Below are positions 52,570-64,000 of a DNA stretch of 64,000 nt, in pieces. The stretch comes from Takakia lepidozioides (Eukaryota; Plantae; Bryophyta). Location: contig CM060733.1 in the NCBI GenBank assembly GCA_030704615.1, positions 69,812,001 through 69,876,000 of the forward strand, given 5' to 3'. Below the pieces are notes generated by a model. It was not told where the DNA came from and did not search any database. It saw only the letters and a program-made list of their open reading frames with translations. Positions within the stretch are counted from its first letter, which is position 1. Every line of letters starts with the position of its first letter. A program made the translations under genes and the position numbers.

Positions 52570-53440
52570 AAGCCTCGAGGACCTCTTTCCATGTCGACCC
52601 CTAACGCTGTAATCGCCCTCCTCGAAGTTGGCCGTTGGTTTCCAGACGGAGCATGTGAATGTGAACGTGAACGAGAACGATGCCCAAACCGCAAGTTTGA
52701 ATGTGGGATTATATTTGTACACTAATCTATTCTTGGCTCATGATCGGATCTGAGCACAGTGTTTGCTCTTTAATTTGTATGGCACCTCTTTGTTTTTTTG
52801 CAAAGATATTGAATGCTGAAGATATGGATGCACAACAGGATTCATCGAGAGCAGGATTGATGCCGGGAGGAGAGGTTGGTGGTATGATAGGATGAAATGG
52901 CTCATTTCATGAATTGGAATCTCTCGTGACAATCTCTCATCACTAATGTACAAGATTGTTGCCACCTTCATAGTTGATAGACTTCCGAAGTGCTGAAATC
53001 GAGTGAAGTTGAAAGCTTCTCATCGTCCAGAAAACGATGATGGTGATACAGTTAAAATCAGGTGTGGAGTATTCTGCCGCCTTTTCAGACTAATTCTCAG
53101 GCTGAATCAGCCACCCAGGGTGTACTGCCGATTCGGCATGCTGAATCGGCTGGGATGGCCGATTATGCACCCAGGGTGGCAGATTGTGCAACAACCCAGG
53201 TTCAGTACGTGTCATCAGCCTTGACCCCACCCATCATTCCCTTGCAGTTCACCCCGGTTTATAGCCTCCACGGGGTTCTGAAGATGGGCAATCGATATGG
53301 GATATTTCACGCCCAATGAGATTGCGCCACGTAGCGACGAGAATACTCCACAAGCTTTTAACGCCAGGCTGGGTAGGGCCCATTCTGCCTTATGGCCACG
53401 CAAAGGGCAGAATGGGCCTTATCCGGCCCTTTCTCTAGTT

Positions 53441-53660
53441 AGAGAGAGAGAGAGAGAGAGACAGAAGACGCCGGCCAAGGCCGACGTAACTAAGAGCCAC
53501 TTCACCTTACGGCTACTGCCCCCTTTCGGGGGTGGGCCCTATATTTCTCTAGTTACATAAAGAACCTGTGCGGTTCTATTGCACCTGGGCAAGGACTAGG
53601 TAGCCGTGGAGGCGAGACCGGCTACGGGGTGTAGCGGGACACCAGGAATCCCTCGACGAT
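53441..53660 (-). mobile_element. Short retroposon sharing the SINE structured 3' tail and ending in (TC)n
   Basis: The minus strand reads CCACCCCCGAAAGGGGGCAGTAGCCGTAAGGTGAAGTGGCTCTTAGTTAC...GTCTTCTG(TC)n, homologous to the SINE tails. Its 5' part differs from the SINE and is shared with 58226-58275. Confidence 0.7.
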
Positions 53661-53732
53661 ACCTAGTCCAAGCTACCTAGTCCTTGCCCAGGTGCAATAG
53701 AACCGCACAGGTTCTTTATGTAACTAGAGAAA
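53544..53732. repeat. Perfect 61-bp inverted repeat with 67-bp spacer
   Basis: 53544-53604 is the exact reverse complement of 53672-53732. Confidence 0.95.
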
Positions 53733-53739
53733 GGGACAT

Positions 53740-56080
53740 ACAGCTCAAGAATGAATGGTCTTCCTCTGGTTGTGGTTTTCTTTTTCCGACGGTTACCTTC
53801 CTGCATAAGATTCAAGCCACCAGAAGGCTGGCGCAGTCTCTCTCCCATTCCATTGCCCTGGAAAGGTCGCGTAGACTCAAGTCCCTGACTAGATGCTTTG
53901 GTTCATTGTCAAAGTCGATTGAGAAAGGCCTTTTAGGTTATGTGACGATGGAGTCCTATCTCACTGCTAAAAGAATCCTGGCAGCTTTATCTGCTGAGAC
54001 AGAAAACTTCACTCGCATCCGAGCAGGTGTAAACTGGTCCTTGAAAGGTGAGAAAATGACTGGGTATTTCTTTCACAAGGCTAAACAAAAAACGGAGGCT
54101 ACCCATCTTCACTCAATAACTGATTGCAATGGTACAACCCTATTAGGCCCAAAGAGATGGCTGTTTGCTGCAGCTGTGCACTTTGCCAATCTGTTCTCTA
54201 AGACTGTGGAGAATTCCCAGGTAGCTGCTTGCAGAACTGAGGTCCTTCTTTCTTTCCCTGCTTTGCTTTCCTCTAATGATCAGTCTCAATTATCTGCTCC
54301 ATTCTCTTCCAAGGAGCTGTTGCAAGCAGCGAAGGCCTTGAGTTTGTTGAAGATGCCTGGTCCGGATGGTCTTCCCGTGGAGTTCTTTACTGCCCTTTGG
54401 GAGGTGCTTGGTGAGACTTTCTTGCCTTGGCCAATGATATTTTACTTAAAGGGATTTTGCCCTCCCAGCTCTCTCAGGGGGTAATTACTTTGGTTTATAA
54501 AAAATAAACTCTTCCTACAAAATTATTGTTAAGGCCTTAGCACTGCGTTTACAACCCTTGTTGTGGCTCTAGGATTGGAGTCAACATTGTAACCAAACCA
54601 GCCAGGAATCTTTTTGAGGTGCGGTTCAGCGAGCAAAGAAATCCAGCTACTAGAAAGATCTTCAACCACAGTATTCCAACCCATGGCCACTCGTCTGCTA
54701 GATAACATCTGAGCAGCACAGTCAGTTGTAATCATAGAGTCTGAAGCATCATCCCAAAAATGCAGGAGGTGAGCCAGACCTGCATCTGCCCATTCAACCC
54801 AACGTTTAGAGCAAGTCATCAGAGAAGTGCAAGTTCTTCCACAACCAGATTGAGTATCTGGGCCACATAATATATCCGGGAGGATTGGGGGTGCAGCAGA
54901 CTAAGGTAGAGGCCACAGATTCCACGCCACACAGATGTGAGCCGAGTTCGAGCTTTCATGGGGTTGGAAACTACTATAGACAGTTTGTCAAGGGATTTAG
55001 TACTATTGCAAAGGCTCTAACCAAATTGACCAAGGTAGACCAGGAGTGACAGTGGGAAGATGAGCAAGAGCGAACTTTTCAAGATATGTTACTAGCAGCA
55101 GTAATAATCTCATAAGTGGTACTGGCTTCACTGTCAATAAAATGGGTATGCTTTCTTCCCCAGTTATGTTGAGTATTTCAGCCACTTCAGATTATTTTGA
55201 GATAAGAGTAATCTGCTTGCTTTCCGGAATGCCCAATCCTATCCCCCCTCCCCTTGAACTCCCTCACTATAATTGTTCATTTTGCTGGTTCCTTTCTACT
55301 CCCTTATAGTTGCTGCAGATTGACCCTGGCGAATGGTTTTGGTTGAATAAGAAGCGTGGTCCCTTCTTCAATTACTCCGTGAAGTTGGGCTATAAGCTGT
55401 TGATGCCAAAGAGAGACCTAGATAGCAAATGGACCAGAAAATGGGAGCACATCCCTAGTCACCCAGTTACTTGGAAAGCGGTTCGGGGTTGACATTTGGA
55501 AGAAGCATAGGGCCACTAAGTTAGCAACTTTTCTATGGAAGGTTGTGAATAGAATCCTGCCAGTTGCGGCACTGTTCTCTAACTCTCCATCGGAATGTGG
55601 TTCCTGCAATATTCATGCTCCGGAGGATTTGGAGCACTGTCTGGTTCTTTGTCCTTTTGCGAGGGCAGTTTGGGATAAGGCCCTCTCCCTCTACTCCAAT
55701 TGGTCTACCAATCTATGCTTCTCTCGTTCTGTTATGCTGCTGAATATTAAAGAGGGATCCATTTTCTACTCTTGTCCAATTTGGGAGTCTATCAGAGGTA
55801 TCATTCTTTGGAACATATGGAAGATGAGGTGTGAAGTGGTTTTTCAGGGGGTGAGGCCATGTTTGCAGAGGGTTCTCTACTGGGCTCACTCAAACCTGAT
55901 GTCTGAGGCTCGTAAAGCGTGGTTTGTATTGATTTCAGCTCTTCCAAGGTGTAGCGGCTCCAAGAGAGATCAGCTGCTTGCCGACTTCGACAAATCATAG
56001 GGACATGGATACATCTTTTGCAGAAGGATCTCAGACTCTCGGCCCGGGGAAGTCACTCCCTATCACTTGTATAGAGCACG
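53740..56080 (+). mobile_element. Degenerate, rearranged L1/Tx1-type LINE (ORF2 fragments)
   Basis: 5' part: W..KGEKMTGYFF, HFANLFS, KMPGPDGLPVEFF..LW and YKIIVKALALRLQPLL. 3' part: YSVKLGY, FLWKV..RILPV, C..C...EDLEHCL..CPFARAVW and LWNIWKMRC (zf-RVT). The RT core is deleted and ~54570-55300 is inverted. Confidence 0.85.
54821..55085 (+). mobile_element. Ty3/gypsy pol fragment (RT C-terminus/RNase H linker)
   Basis: Translates, with frameshifts, to EKCKFFHNQIEYLGH..., DVSRVRAFMG, NYYRQFVKGFSTIAKALTKLTK and W..EQERTFQ. Confidence 0.8.
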
Positions 56081-56225
56081 TGAGATAAATGGGTATTTTG
56101 TAGGGGGGTATTACTTTTACTTTGGGTATTTTTTAGTACCCTATAATTACATAATTTTGTAATATGGCGAATTTTTGGCATGCTATTATTTTAATTATAA
56201 TTTTTTATTAGACACCCTATATTAA

Positions 56226-57060
56226 CCCTTAACTTCCTATGCGACCTGAATCGGGTCTTGACCCGTAAGAAAAATGCCCATATCTTGCTGAGATTTTATT
56301 GAAATTAAACTATTCCTGAAGCAATAAATTTGCTGACAAGATAGTCCCCACCCACAAGTGGAAATGAATGCATTTGGAGTGAAACCCTAACCCGCAGATT
56401 TTTGCAAAAACGCTGGGGTTAGATAAGGAGAGGGGCTAGGCAGGGTTGACTACCTACGTGGCAACTTTCTATTAGTGCATGCAACAGCCAGCTCCAAAAC
56501 ACTTGGCCCCACTTAGGCCTCAACTTTTGAGAAATTCACCATTGGATTCCCAAAAAAAATTAACATTATGATGAGGATCATAGGAACTCATTCTCTCACC
56601 GATCGGATAGAAAAAAAATCTCGGTGACACTTTTTGACAATGTTAGAAATTCCATGTTCTGGAACATATCTGAACCCCCCAAAGAATACATACAAAGGAG
56701 CATGTAGCATCATTTGGCATGAAATTTTGTGCATTCTTGGATATCTTGGAATAAGATATGGCTATGGGTGCGGTGGGCCCAGAAAAAAATCAACCCCATA
56801 CTGCAATTGCTTGGTCAAACTTGATATTGCAGGTTTCTCAAATTCCCAAAAAGAAAACAACCCCCACCAAAATACTATAATCTTGAAATTTTTATGGTGA
56901 ATGTTTTTGCAATTTGGTATATGGATGTATATGGTAGGTAACCACTGATTTATAAGGTTCATATTTTTGGATGTACTATGATAGGTGGATAACTTGGTTA
57001 TAGTGTCCAGGGGTAGGAAAATTGAAGGGAAAAAAAACTCTATCTGTAGGAAGTTAAGGG
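56226..57060. mobile_element. Second non-autonomous TTAA-flanked piggyBac-like element
   Basis: TTAA at 56222-56225 and 57061-57064 flanks perfect 14-bp TIRs CCCTTAACTTCCTA / TAGGAAGTTAAGGG. No transposase ORF. Confidence 0.8.
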
Positions 57061-58379
57061 TTAATCATACAATAAAAGAAATTTTTTCTTACAAGACAAA
57101 TGAATTTATTATTTGGTTGAAATAAATTCATTTAAAGCATTCGCATCATCAGCATTCAAAGTATAAATGTTTTGCGCTCTATCGAAAGTCATGGTGACTG
57201 AACTAATAATTGAGTCTACATCTATCCACTTGTTGTCGGTATGATCATATTTGAATTTAAATTGTTCTCAAGATTTTGAGAAGTAGTTTAATAACAACAT
57301 AACTGGTGTGGTTGGTCTATTTGGGAGATCAATAGGCTGTCGCGATATCCCCCACCTGCTCCCTGCCTTCCTTCTCTGTGCGCAGCGGGGGGAGTGAACT
57401 TAGTGCATAAGGCGGAAAAAGAAAATGAAATGAACGTAAAAGAGGTTTGATCTCACGATGATGCGGCTGCCAGGTAGTAGTAAGCTACATACAAATATCT
57501 ATATCCTTCCCCTAAGAACATGTATATATTTTTGGAATTTTTCATTAGGTATTATCTCAGCCCTATAATAAATTTTTAAGTCATTATTTTAGACCCTATA
57601 TTAATTTAAATTCCCTGATCACAATATAATGTACCCTTTATTACTTTTAAATGTTTTCTAATTTTTATCTTTTCTGAATACATTGCACCCTATATTTTTT
57701 TGCACGTCGGTTGGAAATTTTTGGAAGTGACTTCCCCGGGACTCTCGGATCGCTTGGGAAGACTCCCTCCCTACCTGTTGGAAGCTCCATTAGCTCCATT
57801 GGAGGGCGGAAACTCGGAGGTCAACTGGAAACACAAGCGTAGTATTAGAAAGAACAAATCTAAAGCCCAGCTCTCTTTTGAGGCTCCAAAGCATAAAAGG
57901 GGCAGTGATTAGTTTCAGGCTTCTTAGATTAGTTGCTAGGTGTAGGCCTATGCTTTTTTTACTGCCTCTTGTTCCTCTTTCTTTGCCTCTTCTTCCTTTG
58001 TGTAGTTTTGCAATGGCTGTAGCTTATGGATTTATAAGCTTGGTGCTATGTTGCAGTTTTCTTATTTTGTGCTGTCCCTTTCCCTTACTGTTTCTCTAGC
58101 TCGGAGTGGATCCTCTTTACTCAGCCTTCATGGCGATTGTAAGGTTATTTTTTCCTTACCTTTCAAATAAATTTTCCAGGGCTACAATCCCCCTGTTGAT
58201 TTTTTTTTAAAAAGGACGGGTAGCACGTCGAGGGATTCTGGCGTCCCGCTACACCCCGTAGCCGGTCAAGCCTCCCGGTCTATCGGACATAACTGAGGTG
58301 GTGGTGGGCTACGGCGGGTGACAGATATGTCCAGGATAAGTTAACCGCTACCACGTAGGCAAAATGCCAAACCTTGCCC

Positions 58380-58880
58380 TGCCAACCAAACCTTGGTTGT
58401 GTGATAAAAGTCCAATCGTCCTGCAAAGGAGCCGACTGACTCTCCTTCTACCATATGGAGCTTGGTCAATTGCTCACGCAACCAATCGGTAAAACCCAAG
58501 GGCTTGAATTGAGTCAGAAAGGTTGTCTTTAGGGCATTCCAATCAGTAAAAATGCCATGAGGTTGATGATCGTACCACTGAAAAGCCAGCTCTTCTCAAC
58601 TTAATTCTCTTGGTAGCCCCCGATTCCCCAAGATTGTATGTAGGTGGCAAGGAGGGCTGGACCACGTTCTGGGTGCTTGTCGTACTCTGCACACAATTTC
58701 GCCCAGGCAAGTTTAGCAGCAATGGTGAGGTCATTGAAGACCAAGATAAGGCTCTTTGTTGGAAAAGAATTTTGATTGTCCAATGCCCAACTGGGCTTTC
58801 CAAGTTTGCCAGAGGGTGGCCGAACAAAGGACCTCAAATACTGGACAACCAACAGCCCTGGTCTTCCTTGCTTTTTTATA
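58380..58880 (-). mobile_element. Degenerate LINE 3' fragment
   Basis: CPVFEVLCSATLWQTWKA and AKLAWAKL resemble the C-terminus of the L1-type element at 55.5-56 kb (ILWNIWK...ARKAW). Confidence 0.5.
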
Positions 58881-59474
58881 GTTCAATAGGAGAACAACAG
58901 GGTCAGGGGCTATATATATAACATGTGACACGTTTTAATGGGTCCGCATTAAATCAGGGCTCCTAATATTCAACTATTGGTGCTTTTTGGCAAAAAAATT
59001 GGATTTTACCCCCCATAATTCCTTTGTACAAGTAGCTGACCCAATTTTCAGGTCAAAATCTGGCAATTTTTCACCACAGAAAAAAAACACTGTTGCAAAC
59101 TAAGGCCAGAATGGAAATAAGGCATAGTGTGTAATGGAAAAAAGACGGAAAAAAGAGAAAATAAGAAAAATCAAGTAAACTTGTATTATTTAACTCAAGT
59201 GCAAGAATTTATGCCGACATTTGTAAGACAATTTTGTGGCCTAACCACTATGGATGCTTGATTATGGGTGTTGGGTAATGATGCAATTTCTTGTTCCCTA
59301 TGTGCAATTTTGAAAAGATAGAAAGATGTGATGAGATGGAACCGTTGAAAACTATGAGAAATTTTAAAATGTGAATTTGTTGCCGACGCAAGCAACTGTC
59401 ACTTGATCTGGAAGAACTATTGCCTTCCGGTGGGAAGGTGAACACCTTTATGACATCCAACATGCTGTTTAAAC

Positions 59475-60042
59475 CAATGTTGGACTGGTATACCGATAAG
59501 AAACTGGTATCAATATTGGTATGTATATTGGTATGAAGTACCAGACCAGTCTGGTATCAGCTCAGGCCACTACCTAGCATATACCCGTATTGGCCTGGTA
59601 TCTGCTTCCTAATATTGTGGACGATACCCTACCAGTCTGGTAGGTGGTTGAAAATCTGGTACCTGATACCAGTACCATATCCATATTTGTGAGGAAAACC
59701 TAGGTATCAATACTTTGAGGAACTTGAGGAATACTTTGAGGAATAAAATCAATGAGAAGCATACTTTTATACATTTATATGTGAAGTGGGCATTTCAATA
59801 TTAACACATCATGAGTTTTTTTTATACCAGACCAGTATTGATAATACCTGGTTTCGATTTTTAAAACTCTTGTTATTGATACCCGTAAAACACCACACCA
59901 ATCAGGTATTAATGATACCACCATGGTATCCAAATCTCAGATTTTTGCCAATACCATTACCTCCCTGGTATCACAATTGGCCGGAGGCCGATATACCAGT
60001 ACCAACCTGGTGTGTTCAAAATACGATACCAGTCCAACACTG
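59475..60042. mobile_element. hAT-type MITE
   Basis: 8-bp TSD GTTTAAAC at 59467-59474 and 60043-60050. 17-bp TIRs CAATGTTGGACTGGTAT / ATACCAGTCCAACACTG with one mismatch. Many internal TGGTAT/ATACCA subterminal repeats. Confidence 0.85.
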
Positions 60043-60132
60043 GTTTAAACCTAGAACCACTAGTGAGGCGGTTTGAGCCCTTACTAGGCTAAATGTCAAT
60101 TGTCAAAAACATTCCAATAGATTATTACTATA

Positions 60133-60230
60133 GCATCCATAGGATGTTGCCATACAAATGTTTGTGGGTTGAAAACCACATAGGTGATGTCACCCATTGG
60201 GGCCAACCTAGCTATAAAATGCGGTCATTT
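60133..60230 (+). mobile_element. Truncated third copy of the tRNA-SINE head
   Basis: GCATCC start, and GGTTGAAAACCACATAGGTGATGTCACCCATTGGGGCCAACCTAGCTATAAAA matches 22815-22876 and the 35.1 kb copy. Confidence 0.75.
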
Positions 60231-60515
60231 GGTGAATTGGCCACTTAATGTGTTGGGACCAGTGTTGGTCGGGTACCATGTTTTGAGCCCTCTTCCGATC
60301 CTGGTTACGACATAGGTATTCTTTGAAAAAAATGAATGGATGGGACAGGGTATACCAATCAATATATAAAGCGAGACGTTTGTTTTGTTTTGTTTGTTTG
60401 TAGCGTCGTTGAGATCTCCCAAACCGCGGGCCCAGCCCCAGTGCTTGGTGCCGTTGGAGAGCCCTCGAGGAGGAGGGGTCCACCGGCTTGGTCTCATGAT
60501 TTTTGGACCTGCAGT

Positions 60516-60726
60516 GTGGGAGATGTGGAATTTCAAGTGCTTTGGGTCACTGGAAATTCGGGAAAAATAGCAAAGTGGGCTTTCCTGGAGCAATGATATG
60601 CCCTTCAGGTGGGAGATTTGGAATTTCAAGTACTTTTGGTCACTGAAAATTCGTGAAAAATAGCAAAGTGGATACATCAATATATGAAGCCTCGACAAGG
60701 GAGATTGCAAAAATAGCAAAGTGGGC
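60516..60726 (+). repeat. Imperfect ~92-bp tandem repeat (about 2.3 units)
   Basis: GTGGGAGAT.TGGAATTTCAAGT.CTTT.GGTCACTG.AAATTCG.GAAAAATAGCAAAGTGG occurs at ~60516 and ~60609, with a partial copy at ~60700. Confidence 0.8.
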
Positions 60727-61119
60727 AATGACATGGAGATCTCCCAAACTGTAGGTCCACTGCTAGAGAATAAGGTTTTTTTAACGGCTCTTCTCACACA
60801 TTTTGGTGTGAAAAGAACCCGAGTCCCCCCCCCCCCCCTGGTGTTAGGTTAACCTAGTCCTTTGCACCAGGTGTGAACTTAAGTGGTCATGTTAAGAAAA
60901 ACATCTCACACCTGATGTGGCAGGAGGTTAAGGTGGGTTTGACCAAGTATTTTCAACGGTTCTTTCTACGGCTTCTAGTACAACACTTTGCCACCATGTC
61001 TGTCAACGAAAATGGCACACAAGTGTGAACAATTTGATATCCACTGCTCCCGCTGACGAAAACTAATGCAATAATACCTATTATTATTAATGATAGGTGG
61101 CTTGGGGAAGGGCCCCCTC

Positions 61120-61700
61120 GCCGCGTGGGTGACTACACCCTCCCTAACCTCTCATATTTTCTACATTCGGAGGTGGATTTGCCAGCTATCGTTGGGTACG
61201 CTTTTCGGGCTGATTTGTTTTCGGGTTTCCTCTCTTTAGTTTCCTCGGGGACTGTCACCTTCCAAGCTGGGCTGGGCTGGCCTCTCCAGCACGCATCTGC
61301 CACTGGTCCTCTAAATTCAAGGATTTCAACCCCTCCCTCCCGGCAGGGAAATCCATTGTTCCATGGTTGAGAGGTAACTCTTTTGCTTGGACTGGAGGGC
61401 TACCTCTGGGTGAGCTCCAACTTGACCCAGCCGAAATGGCAATGGGAATTTGAAGGTTCTCTCCAGTCTATCTTCGCATATTCTACTAAGAAAGCGTATA
61501 GGGCTCTCCTTCAACCCAAACCCTTGCTTAAAAAATGGAATGACAAGTGGGATCATGTTGGGCTGAGGTGTCTTGCAGGAGCGACACTCTGGAGTGTTTT
61601 TGGTGTGGGGGAGTCACTGTTTTGATTTCCTTGTGTTTGGATGGGTCTCCACACCTACATGCTTGACTGTGCGCCATGTTAGCTTTGTGTGGGCGCTTGT
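61120..61700 (+). mobile_element. Degenerate L1-type LINE ORF2 fragment
   Basis: WEFEG...FAYSTKKAYRALLQPK...KKWNDKW parallels YSVKLGYKLLMPK...KWTRKW at 55.4 kb. Confidence 0.6.
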
Positions 61701-64000
61701 TTTCATAGGTTGGTCCGGATTTGATCACCGGCCAATCCTAGGGTATGTTGTTGGTGGTGAGGTTGGAGTGATGACCAGCAAGACCACCGTTGTTTCTTCT
61801 ATGGTGAGGCTGGGTTGATGACAACAGACCATAAGAGTACTTGCGGTGGATGAAGGTACAGGTGCAGGTTTATATTATGAACCTAACAGTCTAACTATTT
61901 TAACCCTGCCAACTCATTATTCTTGCCACATGGGCACAGGGTAGAATTCATATATGCCCCCCTAAGGCGATTTTGGAAAAATGAAAAAAAAAAAAAAAAA
62001 CACTGCTATGCAGCCCCTTTCTTCTAGTGGCCTCCAGATAAGGCCACTCTAGAGTTTCTGAATTTTAGAAGATTACAAATTGCAAAAGGAGTAAAATCTG
62101 TAAATGTTTTGGAATATTTACCTCTTCATGGAATCGTTAGTCAGTCTAAGTACACAAAGCTTGGGTGTCACCTAAGGTGGTGTAGCATGGAGCGGTCAAT
62201 TTTTGTTTTGATATGTTTTCTGGATTTTTATAGGTATTTGTGATATCATTTTTCCAAAATGTCAGCAAAGGGAGATTTTGGGCATGTAGAAGTTTTTTTT
62301 TAAAATATGAAACAAATGAAAATAATGTTTTCCTCAAAACATTGCGTTGAAAAGTTTGCGTGTTCAATTGGAAACTTTGTCACTACAATTTGCATGAAGT
62401 CCATGCAAGGGAAACCATAGAGATTGGGCTGCCCCTTCTCAACCTCCAATATCTCTGTTTGTGGCACCAATAACCCCTCTGAACAAAGGGCGGGTCACAC
62501 CCCTCGCCTAATGAACACCTTGGCCCAACGTGCCAGGCAGGGGTACCCACCGATTCTAAAGAGGTACTTGTGCAACACTATCAGGCTTAAGCAACCAGTT
62601 ATCCAACAATTTGATGTCAACCAGATCCATTAAGATCTTAAGCTTCCTCACAAGTGTGGAGGTATATAAGCGGAACGTGATGTGATTCTCGGATCCATGA
62701 CCCAAGTCTCTTATCTACCTGATCCAAAAGGGTTTGAGGACGCAGAATAGATTTACTGCATCCGTCCTACTGTACATCTACACTCCGAAACAGTTTGATC
62801 CCATTGCAGGTGTGTTGTATATGATGACAATAAGACAAACTTCGATGCCATTCTGATGCAAGATCTTGTTGCATCCCTAAAGCTCGCATACATAAATGAA
62901 CATTACATGGGCACTGGTTCAACCCTAGAGATTCTGCAGATTCATGACCCAAGGTTACCTTTTTGGCCATACTTACTGCAGTCTTTCATCTATGGAAATG
63001 AACCACTGAAATATGTTTCTAACTACATCCGACTGCTACCTGCATAACCTTTCTCAGAGTTTCACAGTATGATGTCAAGATCGGAATTGTTTTGGGAGGA
63101 ATTTATGATTTTTTCAGGCCCCAAAAATTTCACAATCCCTATCCAATTTCCTAAATGGTAAATCAGGATCATTTGAAATACACAGAGAACTTGCCTCATT
63201 GGGGTACCTCCTTTGTAGATCTTTGGAAGTGTCAGTTCATCAGTAGGAGACAGTTCGGTAGTTAGGTGAATTACATATCCACTACATGAAGAAAGATAAG
63301 GAGATATTCCCTTACTCCAGACTTCATAATGTGCCCCCAAACCACATCCCCCCACCTAAACCGTCTACTTGCACTTTAGCTACTCATTGATGAGTGCACA
63401 TGCCCTTTGATATTGAAACCATACCATCATGTTTACAGAGTCGTACAGTACATACAGTTTTCATTCCATAACAAAATGTTGCTTCCACCTGTCATAGTGA
63501 AGACAACCCAGATTTGACCATCCCACACCACCATAAAAGGTGGACAAGGTAACTTGGAAAATGAGGAGATATTGTTCTCACTTTTCCCTGTTATTTGAAC
63601 GGATATGATACAATTTGCTCACAGATATTTCAGAATTAGGTTGGATGTCACTGACATCTTGCAACAATTACGAAGATTTCTTCAGGAAAGCCATCACCGA
63701 ACCCGACAGAAATCTAGACATGGTGATTATGGTTCAAGCTAAAACATAAGGAACTTGCTGGTGGATTGGTGGGTGGTAAACCCTTCATATGATGTCAAAT
63801 TGAATGTCCATTGTTGGCTGTCATGTTTCGATCCAAGCACGATTTCAGCACGAGTTGCACAACTTCAACTGTCTTCCTGCCCAGCCACACAGGGACAAAC
63901 AAGCAGTCATTCAAAGAGGACCCATACCCAATCCGGCGTGCAGCCTTTGCTTTTCGAATTCACCCAATTAAACATAGGCCAGTTAACAACTTGAAATGTT

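Noticed and set aside
58250-58310. Twister ribozyme-like GCCGGTCAAGCC...CCGG
   Set aside because: It lacks the UAA cleavage segment and the T1 pseudoknot bases, and the 53.6 kb copy does not conserve AAGC.
63160-63235. Penelope-like RT motif LPKIYKGGTPMR on the minus strand
   Set aside because: It is an isolated short resemblance, with no downstream RT motifs or GIY-YIG domain found in frame.

Overview
Eukaryotic nuclear DNA from a land plant. A seed-free plant such as a moss is likely, but this is inferred from gene structure and sequence flavour and is not proven. Bases ~2.5-52.3 kb hold six intron-containing genes on strictly alternating strands: a GH31 alpha-glucosidase/xylosidase (+), an OBG-family GTPase (-), an unidentified multi-exon gene (+), ETF:ubiquinone oxidoreductase (-), SHOOT GRAVITROPISM 6-like HEAT-repeat protein (+, ~51 exons) and Mediator subunit MED6 (-, with two apparent 1-nt frameshifts). 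From ~53 kb on, the window is transposon debris: L1/Tx1-type LINE fragments, a Ty3/gypsy fragment and MITEs. The most unusual observations are: (i) two non-autonomous TTAA-flanked, CCCTTAA-terminated elements with piggyBac hallmarks, unexpected in a land plant; (ii) a set of (TC)n-associated retroposons (a LINE 3' end and tRNA-derived SINEs), in which the SINE-type tails share a compact RNA fold supported by compensatory changes and containing an AGUA/GAA loop-E-like motif; (iii) a perfect 61-bp inverted repeat; (iv) an orphan gene with a phase-consistent exon chain. All gene models were assembled by eye and no database searches were run.
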